Origin: Nitrospirota bacterium | GTDB lineage: Bacteria > Nitrospirota > Thermodesulfovibrionia > Thermodesulfovibrionales > Dissulfurispiraceae | NCBI GenBank assembly: GCA_040754455.1 | Contig: JBFMCP010000026.1 | Span: 1 to 46,801, forward strand | Direction of reading: 5' to 3' | DNA length: 46,801 nucleotides | Shown: piece after piece, positions 17,384 to 25,714 of the stretch | How positions within the stretch are numbered: position 1 is the first letter of the stretch | How the letters are laid out: every line of letters starts with the position of its first letter | Translations under genes and position numbers: made by a program | The notes under the pieces: generated by a model | Told to the model about the DNA's origin: nothing | The model's database searches: none | The model's input: only the letters and a program-made list of their open reading frames with translations

Positions 17384-17842
17384 TCAGGAGCACCCTCCGG
17401 CATTGGGGTAATCAATAAAACGCTCTATTATTCGCGCTGCAAAGAGCTGCTTTTCGGCATCGTACCGGTCCATGATCAGTTTCATCGTCCTTTCGAACCT
17501 GCCGGTCACCAGCGCATCGACCGCCATGAGCGAGAGAATGGAGAGGATGACGACGAGCTCCACGACAAGGTAGAACGAAGGTTGTATGTTGAGCGCCAGA
17601 CATGCCGTCGTGAGCAGGAGGATGCCGATAAGGAACACCATGCCCTTGACCAGCAGGCTGTTGCATTTGATGAAGGCCTTTGTTTTCTTCAGCAACGTCA
17701 CCTCCATTTCCGCCTCGAACAGCTCCTCTGCATGGGTCCGGGCGATATCCATCTCGTTTCTCTTTATTCTGCATTCGACGAGCGCGAGGAGCCTTTTACG
17801 CTCGAAGTCCAGTTCCTCTTCGATGCGGTAAAGCCCTTTCAT
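17384..17842 (-). CDS. Hypothetical protein with coiled coil and 2 TM segments
   Basis: RBS GAGGAGGT; two hydrophobic segments. Confidence 0.65.
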   Translation of the reverse strand: MKGLYRIEEELDFERKRLLALVECRIKRNEMDIARTHAEELFEAEMEVTLLKKTKAFIKCNSLLVKGMVFLIGILLLTTACLALNIQPSFYLVVELVVILSILSLMAVDALVTGRFERTMKLIMDRYDAEKQLFAARIIERFIDYPNAGGCS

Positions 17843-18245
17843 TGCCGTTACCTCCTCGGGACGTAGTACTAAAGTATGTTCAGCTTAGTAATCGTGCCGG
17901 GATAAATAAACTTTAGAATTATCCGATGGAATTTTCAAATAAAATTATCTAATCCTCCCATTAAAACCGCAAGATTACCGTCGTGGTAACGGCGCCGCAG
18001 TATATGTGCTGATTATTTCAGGAGACAGGAGCTATCTGATGCGGTCCTTCGGGAACGGGTAGAGCAAACTACTCGAAGTCCTCTCGGCATGCTGCTCCGT
18101 TACCTCACACATCACCGGTCTTTACCAAAATGGTATCTTCTCGCTGCCTCCCTGTCAAGGACTCCCGCCCCTCGTATTCCCCTCATTTTTACAAATGCCG
18201 ATTTATGGGATATCCTTATGGTAAAAGGATTCATGGGAGGGTGTT

Positions 18246-19400
18246 ATGGCCAGATTTCTTTTTTCAGTGCTGTTACTGTTCGCTGCAGGATTATTGTTCC
18301 TGAACACTGCCGAGCCGCAGACGGGTGAGAAATGGCCCGGTATCACGACGAGGGTGCATGTACGGGGCCTTACGTCTCCCACACATATCACCCATGCCGG
18401 CGACGGCAGCAACCGGCTGTTCGTGACGGAACAGAGGGGCCGCATCATGATCGTAAAGAGCACTACCGTGGCGAAAACCCCTTTTCTCGACATAACCGGT
18501 AAGGTGAGCTGCTGCGGGGAGCGTGGCCTCCTCAGCATCGCCTTCCCGCCGGGCTATCGTGACAAGAGATATTTCTACATCAATTACACCAATAAATCAG
18601 GCGATACCGTTATCGCACGCTACCAGCTCAGCGCCGATCCCGATAGGGCAGACTCCGGGAGCGAGGAGATACTCCTGACGATCAAACAGCCCTATGCCAA
18701 CCACAACGGCGGTCAACTCGCCTTCGGTCCGGACGGCTATCTCTATATCGGTATGGGTGACGGCGGATCGAGAGGGGATCCCCATAACAACGGGCAGAAC
18801 CCAGCTGCTCTGCTGGGGAAAATACTCAGGATCGATGTCGAATCCGGCGCTTCGCCCTACGCGGTTCCCAAAAACAATCCTTATATGAACAAAAGAGGGT
18901 ACCGCCCCGAAATATGGGCGCTGGGACTGCGCAATCCCTGGCGCTTTTCCTTTGACCGTAAGACCGGCGACCTCTATATCGCCGATGTAGGCCAGGAGCT
19001 CTATGAAGAGATCGACTTCCAGCCCGCCTCGAGCCGGGGCGGGGAAAATTACGGATGGAACATCATGGAGGGAAACCACTGCTATCGCCCTGCTCCCTGC
19101 GACCGGTCGGGACTGACCGCGCCGGTTGCCGAATACGACCACTCACAGGGATGCTCGGTAACCGGCGGGATGGTCTATCGCGGACCCAAGTTTCCACAGT
19201 TGCAGGGCATCTACTTCTATGCCGACTATTGCTCCGGACGCATCTGGGGGCTGCGGCGGTCCAGAGCCGCATGGCAGACAAACCTGCTCTCCGATACCGA
19301 TCATGCAATCTCAACGTTCGGCGAGGATGAGGCGGGGAATCTCTATTTTGCCGACCACCGCAGCGGAACGGTGTATGCCATCGATGCGTCCTCTTCCTGA
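18246..19400 (+). CDS. PQQ-dependent sugar dehydrogenase (glucose/sorbosone dehydrogenase family)
   Basis: Signal peptide, GERGLLSIAF, NHNGGQLAFGPDGYLYIGMGDGG, GLRNPWRFSFD, DVGQ. Confidence 0.92.
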   Translation: MARFLFSVLLLFAAGLLFLNTAEPQTGEKWPGITTRVHVRGLTSPTHITHAGDGSNRLFVTEQRGRIMIVKSTTVAKTPFLDITGKVSCCGERGLLSIAFPPGYRDKRYFYINYTNKSGDTVIARYQLSADPDRADSGSEEILLTIKQPYANHNGGQLAFGPDGYLYIGMGDGGSRGDPHNNGQNPAALLGKILRIDVESGASPYAVPKNNPYMNKRGYRPEIWALGLRNPWRFSFDRKTGDLYIADVGQELYEEIDFQPASSRGGENYGWNIMEGNHCYRPAPCDRSGLTAPVAEYDHSQGCSVTGGMVYRGPKFPQLQGIYFYADYCSGRIWGLRRSRAAWQTNLLSDTDHAISTFGEDEAGNLYFADHRSGTVYAIDASSS

Positions 19401-19425
19401 TACGCTGTGTGACCCCGGCAGTGCA

Positions 19426-19791
19426 ATGGCCATCAAAAGAAGAATCTCGGGCAGCGTCATCGGCATTATCGGTTACCTGCTCTCCCCTCTCTCGTGGTGG
19501 AATGATCTGTTCCTCAATATCCCTCTTGCATATGCCTGCGCATGGCTGGTGAGCCTCGTCTATAAGCCCGCGTTCCTCTCGTCATTTGTCATCTCGTATT
19601 GGATCACCAACATAGCAGGGCTTGTCATAATGCATAAAGGGATAGAGAAAATAGTAAAGAAAGGAAACGGGGACACGCACTACACGAAACGGCAATTCCT
19701 GAAAGACCTTGCCGTCTCTCTGGCCTATACCGGGCTCATCATGCTGCTCGTCAAGCTGGGTATGATCAGGCCGATCGGTGATTACATCTGA
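19426..19791 (+). CDS. Conserved hypothetical membrane protein
   Basis: IGYLLSPLSWWNDLFLNIPLAY, YWITNIAGL; several TM segments. Confidence 0.75.
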   Translation: MAIKRRISGSVIGIIGYLLSPLSWWNDLFLNIPLAYACAWLVSLVYKPAFLSSFVISYWITNIAGLVIMHKGIEKIVKKGNGDTHYTKRQFLKDLAVSLAYTGLIMLLVKLGMIRPIGDYI

Positions 19792-19815
19792 TCTCCCCGT
19801 TTATTGCATTCTGCC

Positions 19816-20919
19816 TCAGCCTTGATCCTGGCCTACCCTTTGGAGCCGCAGGTACTCTTTGAGCAATGCAGGATACAACGCCGGATTGAATAAGATATTG
19901 GTCATAAAATAGCATTCGTGAGTGCAATAACAGTGATTCCGCCGTATTGAATCGATAATCTTTGCAGACTTTTCCGAGCCGATAAGCCTCTGCATATCGT
20001 AGTTATGTTCCCTGATATTACCAAGAGACGCATCGAGCATTTCACAGGGGAAGACTTCGCCGCTCTCGCTCAGCACGAGATTCAACCTGCCGGCATAGCA
20101 GGGAATAAGCCGTTGCCGCTCCTGCCGGGTGCGGTGGATAAGGCGGCGCTGCAGGATATCCTGTGCAGCCTTGAGCCGCGCGCCCCTGAAACGGTATGTT
20201 TTTGCACTGCCACACTTCAGGTTGTGCTCAAGCCGTTCTATTGCACGGCGGTACTTCTCAAAGTCCACCCGTGTGTAGTGTTCCCGTGCGAGGTCACCGC
20301 GGACCAACGAGATCGTGTGGGTCCTGATATGCTCCAGACGGCCCACATAGTCGATAACCTCATCCATGTGGTCCTGGTTTTCGGCACAGAAAACAGTATT
20401 GATGCCGAGCTCGAAGTTGGGATAGCGCCCGAGCAGGGGGGCGAGCAGCCAATAGGTTTGCATCGTCTTCTCGAAACTGCCCGGTGTTGCGCGGAGTGCG
20501 TCATGGGCATCGTGCAGCCCGTCAAGGGAAAGCTTCACGGCAATGGTGCTCTTCCTGCAGTGCATGACGATCTGTTCCGTCTTCTCTCTGATCACTTCAG
20601 GAAGCATACCGTTCGTCGGGAAGAGCATTATAGCAGGCTTGTTGGTGCGGTAGAACACCTTGCTGATCTCCACGAGATCATTGCGGAGATATATCTCTCC
20701 ACCCGAGAACGCAAGCCACAAAAGGCTGCCGAGGGTGCGTGAAATCTTTTCGATCTCGTCGAGAGAAAGCTCGGGACGGTCCTGCGCAGGTCTCTCCTTT
20801 TTCCCGAGATAAAAACAGAAGGGGCAGCGCGCATTGCACCTTCTCGTCAGGAAAAAGGTGAGATGGATCGGCCTCCCTTTGTGGAAAATACTTCCGACAT
20901 GTCGAACCGGTGAATACAT
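19816..20919 (-). CDS. Radical SAM protein with SPASM/twitch domain
   Basis: CNARCPFC, SGGE, C-terminal CYAG...GEVFPCE...LGNI and CYCTHEC. Confidence 0.92.
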   Translation of the reverse strand: MYSPVRHVGSIFHKGRPIHLTFFLTRRCNARCPFCFYLGKKERPAQDRPELSLDEIEKISRTLGSLLWLAFSGGEIYLRNDLVEISKVFYRTNKPAIMLFPTNGMLPEVIREKTEQIVMHCRKSTIAVKLSLDGLHDAHDALRATPGSFEKTMQTYWLLAPLLGRYPNFELGINTVFCAENQDHMDEVIDYVGRLEHIRTHTISLVRGDLAREHYTRVDFEKYRRAIERLEHNLKCGSAKTYRFRGARLKAAQDILQRRLIHRTRQERQRLIPCYAGRLNLVLSESGEVFPCEMLDASLGNIREHNYDMQRLIGSEKSAKIIDSIRRNHCYCTHECYFMTNILFNPALYPALLKEYLRLQRVGQDQG

Positions 20920-20978
20920 CCTTTATTTTAACTGAAATAGATATCAGGCGTGTTTTGAAGTTTATGCGGGGTGGGCGC

Positions 20979-21134
20979 AGGCAGGAACGGGTACCCCAAG
21001 AAGCTTTCTCATGCGCCTTTATTCTAGATCGATATGCCTCACCTCTCAATTAAAGAGCAGTTATCAAGAATGTGAGGTCTTGATGGAAGAATAAAGAAGC
21101 GCTAGAAAGCTTCTTTCTGCATCCATTCCAGCCT
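20979..21134 (-). repeat. ~150-bp nested palindromic intergenic element, copy B
   Basis: AAGAAGCTTTCT(20998)/AGAAAGCTTCTT(21104), CTTTATTCT/AGAATAAAG and CCTCAC/GTGAGG nested pairs; homologous to 13201..13347. Confidence 0.8.
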
Positions 21135-21161
21135 TTTCCTTGCGCAATTCCAGGAATAATA

Positions 21162-22157
21162 TCATTCGTGCTTTCCTAATAGGTATTTTTTCATTCCCAC
21201 GATCACCCCTATCCATATCGCTGCCGGGTAGACGAGCATGTAATATGCTGTCGCTTTGAGGGCAAAAAGCTTGCCCCCTGCCCTAAGAAACGCAGCAAGA
21301 AGAGCTCTGCTGACAGTACCGTTGGCTGCAAGTAGAAGAAGCGCGAGCACAAATGCAGCAGCAATACCCTTTCCGGTAGCAATGCCGAAGACGATGAGAG
21401 AGAGCATGATGAGATAGATGAAGCCATTGAATTTGAGCTCGAGAGAGGCAGTGCCCGAGTCGGCAAAGAGGTCGCGGTTTCTGAGTGAATAGAGCACCCA
21501 GTACGCAGTTTTCCTCATGGCGTTTCTGAGCGACGCGCCGAGAGAATAGTTGAAAATATGCTGCACGAGGAGGTGAGGGCTCATCATGAGCGTGTACCCG
21601 CGGCTGCGCAGGCGATGGCTGAATTCCACATCCTCCAGAATCGGCAGAAACTCCTCGGCGAAGCCGCCCGACGTCCGAAAGACCTGTGCATCAATCGCCA
21701 ATGCATGGGTGGCGATATAGTCAGGGGCATCAGCATGCTTCAACTCTGAATAGTTGATGAAAACAGACTGGAACATGCTGTAGAACCCTTTGTCGTAGGG
21801 CAGCGGCGTATAGGTGCCGCCCACCACCATCGCGGTACCTTTCTCCGCAATGATCGCACCGGCTACGGAGAGTGCGTCGGGGGTAAGGAGACAATCGGCA
21901 TCGGTAAAAAAAAGAATATCGCCTTTGCTGTGAAAGGCGCCGGTGTTCCGCGCCTTTGATGCCCCGCCGTGCCGGGAAAGCCGGATGAGCCTGCAGGGAT
22001 ACTGCGTAATGATTTCGACCGAGCCGTCCGTGGAGCAGTCGTCGACAACGATCACTTCGAAATGCGCATATGCCGACGCCAGCGCAGCCTCAATACAGCG
22101 GCCTATCGTAGCGCTGCCGTTATAGTTGGGGATTACGATCGATATGAATCTTTCCAT
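21162..22157 (-). CDS. Glycosyltransferase family 2 with C-terminal TM segments
   Basis: ISIVIPNYN, VIVVDDCSTDGS, ARNTG, FTDADC, EDVEFSHRL. Confidence 0.92.
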   Translation of the reverse strand: MERFISIVIPNYNGSATIGRCIEAALASAYAHFEVIVVDDCSTDGSVEIITQYPCRLIRLSRHGGASKARNTGAFHSKGDILFFTDADCLLTPDALSVAGAIIAEKGTAMVVGGTYTPLPYDKGFYSMFQSVFINYSELKHADAPDYIATHALAIDAQVFRTSGGFAEEFLPILEDVEFSHRLRSRGYTLMMSPHLLVQHIFNYSLGASLRNAMRKTAYWVLYSLRNRDLFADSGTASLELKFNGFIYLIMLSLIVFGIATGKGIAAAFVLALLLLAANGTVSRALLAAFLRAGGKLFALKATAYYMLVYPAAIWIGVIVGMKKYLLGKHE

Positions 22158-22240
22158 AGACAAGTAAGTTTACCATATCACCAACGCTCTTCTCGCAACG
22201 ATTTTGCTATACTTCTTTTATAGCTCATTGTGGAGGAGGC

Positions 22241-22510
22241 GTGAAGAAAAAGGTCGCTGTTATCGTTACCAACCGTCAGCAGGAGGCGCTGCGGATGGCC
22301 GTCGGCCTTACGCTTGCGGATAATCAGATAACCGTCTTCGTCATGGACCGGAGGCTCGAGATTGACGAGGGGGTCGCCATGAGCATAGAGGCTCTTCGAG
22401 AAATGAAGGCAACCATAATCACCAACACTCCCGAGAATAATTTCGAGCAGATGTCTACCGAAGAGATCGCCCGGGCATTAGTGGAGTATGACGCAGTGAT
22501 TCCTTATTAA
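22241..22510 (+). CDS. DsrE/DsrF(TusC)-like small protein, no cysteine
   Basis: KKVAVIV...EALRMAVGLTL..N.ITVF...EEIARAL.EYDAVIPY; RBS GGAGGAGG; TGCTATACT promoter at 22205. Confidence 0.65.
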   Translation: MKKKVAVIVTNRQQEALRMAVGLTLADNQITVFVMDRRLEIDEGVAMSIEALREMKATIITNTPENNFEQMSTEEIARALVEYDAVIPY

Positions 22511-22696
22511 CGACAAGGAAGCATCGAGCCAGCCGCGTGGAGCACATGCACACGTGCCTGCGACAGAGCACACTTCCGGACAGTTGACCCTGCCTGCACG
22601 TGATCCGGATCGGTATGTGGTTATGATGAGAGAGTTGTTCTGCTGCTCGGCAACTGCAAGGGGGAGAAAGGTGAGCATGAGAGATCGTACTCTTGG

Positions 22697-25432
22697 CTAT
22701 TTACCGTTCGCGATCAGCTCCCTGAACTCATCTGCCGGAAGTGGCTTGCTAAAGAAGAATCCCTGTATCTCCTGACAGCCTATCGATTTGAGAAACTCGA
22801 ACTGCTCTTCTGTCTCTACCCCTTCGGCGATCACCCTGAGCTTCATGTTCTGTGCCACGGCGGTCACTGCACTGATGATTGCCCGATCATCAGGATCGGT
22901 GGCTATATCCCTCACAAAGGACTGGTCTATTTTAAGTTTCTGTATGGGCAACTTCTTCAGATAACTGAGCGATGAGTAGCCAGTGCCGAAATCATCGATC
23001 GAAATTCTTACCCCTATCTCCGCTAACCTGTTCATATTGTGAATCGTCTGCTCCAGACTTTTCATCGCTGTACTTTCGGTGATCTCAAGGTCAAGCCGAT
23101 TCGGCTCCAGTCCGGTCTCCTTGAGGATCAAGGATATCCGCTCCACAAGATCGGTCTTCTGGAACTGTTCGGCAGAAAGGTTCACGGTGACACACATGCC
23201 AGGAATCCCTGATTCCTGCCATTCCCTGCATTGTGTGCAGGCGGTTCTGAGTACCCATTCATCAATGGCAGCAATGATTCCGGTCTCCTCGGCCAAAGGA
23301 ATAAAGTGCTTGGGATCAAGCATCCCCTGTTCAGGATGCCTCCAGCGGACCAAAGCCTCTGCGCAGATCATCTGCCTGGTTTCGATGCTTACCTGTGGCT
23401 GATAGTATACGACAAGTTCTCCCCCTTCAATGGTTCTGCGCAGCATACCTTCGAGCCTCATGCGCTCAAGGGACCGGGTATTGATTGCCGGATTGTAGAA
23501 CTGATAGGTATTTCTACCGGTCTCTTTGGCATGGTACATAGCCATATCCGAACACCTGAACAGTATGTCGATATCGTCGGTATCGTCGGGATAAATACTG
23601 ATGCCGATGCTGGTGGTAATATGCAGTTCTTTTCCGGCGATGCTGAAAGGCTTCTGGAAGGACTCCACGATCTTTCGGGCAACGTCACCTGCATCCTCTC
23701 CCCTGGCAATATCGGTAAGGACTATATTGAACTCATCGCCGCCGATGCGGGCGATGGTATCCGTCCGCCTGATGACGGCCTTGAGCCGGACCGAGACATG
23801 TTTCAGCAGTTCATCACCTGCTTCATGGCCGAGCGTATCGTTGACCTCCTTGAAGCGGTCAAGGTCCAGGAAAAGGAGCGCCAGTCTTTTCTTGTGTCTT
23901 CGGGCCTCAGCAAGCGCGAAAGTAATGATATCGATAAACAGCCTTCGATTGGGCAGGCCGGTAAGCGCATCATGGTGCGCCATGTGTTTGATTTCCTCTT
24001 CTATGCGCTTCCGCTCGGTGATATCGTTAAAGAGAACGGCGACCTGCCGGTCCTCCGGTTGCCCGAAGCGGAAGGCGTAAACGTCGAACCACCGTTGCAA
24101 CTGTTCGGCACGACTCTGAAAGCGAACAGGTTGTCCCGTCAAGGCGATGTTTCCGTATGTCTCGAACCAATACTCTTCGTGCTTCGGGGCAAGCTCGCGC
24201 ATTCTCTTGCCCTGCGCATCGATGAGCCCCGTTTGCTTTTCAAATGACGGGTTGATCTCCAGAAAGCGATAGTCGACCGGCTTTTCATGCTCATCGAACA
24301 TTACTTCGATAATGCAGAAGCCTTCGTCAATCGCATTGAACAGCGTGCGGTAACGATGCTCGGACTCTTGCAGTGACTTAAAGAGATGGGCATTCTTGAC
24401 TGCCAGTGAGACCGATGCAGAAACCTTATTGAAGAAGTCTATATGCCTCTCGTTGAAAACCTCCCCTTCTCTATGGGAATACAGCGCGAAATTGCCGATC
24501 ACGTCCTCCCCTGCGATCAGAGGCGCATCGAGGAGCGCTTTTACCCCGTATCCCTGTACAATACGAGTGTGGCATATTTCCTCATTGGCGGGAATATTAT
24601 TGATGACAACGGGCCTTCTCTCCTTGACCGCACGTACCGAATATTTTATATCGTCTGCAGTGATACGGGTCCCTTCGAATCCGGGCAATCCATAGACGTA
24701 CCGGGCCACCCACAAGTTCCCCTCGGGCATGTAAATCACGGCTGAGTCAGCCCCTGCCGCTTTGACAACCTCTTCGATAACCCTGTGCATTATTTCACCG
24801 AAATCGAGTGTTGAGAAGATCACTGCGTTGATCTGATTGACGGCATCGCTCAGCTCTTTGCTCTCTCGTAGTGCCTCCTCAACCCTTTTTCGCCGGGAGA
24901 TGTCTATGATCACCGTTCTCACATACAGGGGTGGTTCGTGATCTTCTACAATGATGCTTTGGAGTTCTGCATGGAAGGTGCCGCCGCGCAGCCTCTTGAG
25001 TCTGACCTCGCAGGATTGACGGGTCCGCTTTTTGAGGACATCGTCCATGTGGGCGGCAAAGATGTCGTGGTCCCGCCGGACAATATACGAGGAGAAGGGG
25101 CGTGAAATCAGTGATCGTTTGTTTCTTTCCAACATGGAGCCAGCGGTACGGTTGGCCTCGATGATTACACCATCAAGGTCGAGGGTGAGATACCCGACAG
25201 GAGCGAAGTCATAGAGATCGGCATACTTGCGGCGAGCTTCTTCGAACTCCTCCTGTGCTCTGCACAGCTCCTCGTTTTGCAGTTCGAGCTCAATCTGGTG
25301 GGTTCCCAGCTCGTGGACAAGACGTGCCATGTCCTGCTTTGATAAATCCTGCAACCGTTCGGTCTGGTCTTGAAGTTTTCGTTCCGCCCGCCTTCTCAGC
25401 CGATCGAGGTGTTCCTGCTCTGATAACGGCAC
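22697..25432 (-). CDS. PAS-GAF-PAS-GGDEF-EAL c-di-GMP signalling protein
   Basis: HDALTGLPNR, RIGGDEF, EALVRW, EITE, DDFGTGYSSL, KIDQSF, EGVE. Confidence 0.93.
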   Translation of the reverse strand: MPLSEQEHLDRLRRRAERKLQDQTERLQDLSKQDMARLVHELGTHQIELELQNEELCRAQEEFEEARRKYADLYDFAPVGYLTLDLDGVIIEANRTAGSMLERNKRSLISRPFSSYIVRRDHDIFAAHMDDVLKKRTRQSCEVRLKRLRGGTFHAELQSIIVEDHEPPLYVRTVIIDISRRKRVEEALRESKELSDAVNQINAVIFSTLDFGEIMHRVIEEVVKAAGADSAVIYMPEGNLWVARYVYGLPGFEGTRITADDIKYSVRAVKERRPVVINNIPANEEICHTRIVQGYGVKALLDAPLIAGEDVIGNFALYSHREGEVFNERHIDFFNKVSASVSLAVKNAHLFKSLQESEHRYRTLFNAIDEGFCIIEVMFDEHEKPVDYRFLEINPSFEKQTGLIDAQGKRMRELAPKHEEYWFETYGNIALTGQPVRFQSRAEQLQRWFDVYAFRFGQPEDRQVAVLFNDITERKRIEEEIKHMAHHDALTGLPNRRLFIDIITFALAEARRHKKRLALLFLDLDRFKEVNDTLGHEAGDELLKHVSVRLKAVIRRTDTIARIGGDEFNIVLTDIARGEDAGDVARKIVESFQKPFSIAGKELHITTSIGISIYPDDTDDIDILFRCSDMAMYHAKETGRNTYQFYNPAINTRSLERMRLEGMLRRTIEGGELVVYYQPQVSIETRQMICAEALVRWRHPEQGMLDPKHFIPLAEETGIIAAIDEWVLRTACTQCREWQESGIPGMCVTVNLSAEQFQKTDLVERISLILKETGLEPNRLDLEITESTAMKSLEQTIHNMNRLAEIGVRISIDDFGTGYSSLSYLKKLPIQKLKIDQSFVRDIATDPDDRAIISAVTAVAQNMKLRVIAEGVETEEQFEFLKSIGCQEIQGFFFSKPLPADEFRELIANGK

Positions 25433-25714
25433 TTCTAAGGCCCCCCTTCCCTTTGGGTCTCTCGGTACGGGTGTTTATCCTTCAATGGCTACTCCCTGGG
25501 ATGCTAGAGGACAGATGAACAGATGACACACGATATCGCCGTGTTTAGTTAAAGTATATCACTGGATATATAGAATAAGCTAAACAAGTTGCAACGCACG
25601 AGCACCCGTAGAGGGGAGTGCACTCTAACACATCTCAGAGGTCTTGCTGAAAGGCAATGCGCATATAAAATCATGCGTTCCGATCGACTACGGGGGCATG
25701 CATTCAAAGGCGGC

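Noticed and set aside
18040..18100. GCAAAC...GAA stretch resembling a c-di-GMP-I riboswitch
   Set aside because: The P2 pairing and GACGCAAAGC-type second motif are absent.
25621..25675. TAACAC...ATAAAA resemblance to a twister ribozyme
   Set aside because: The required pseudoknot partner segments could not be found.
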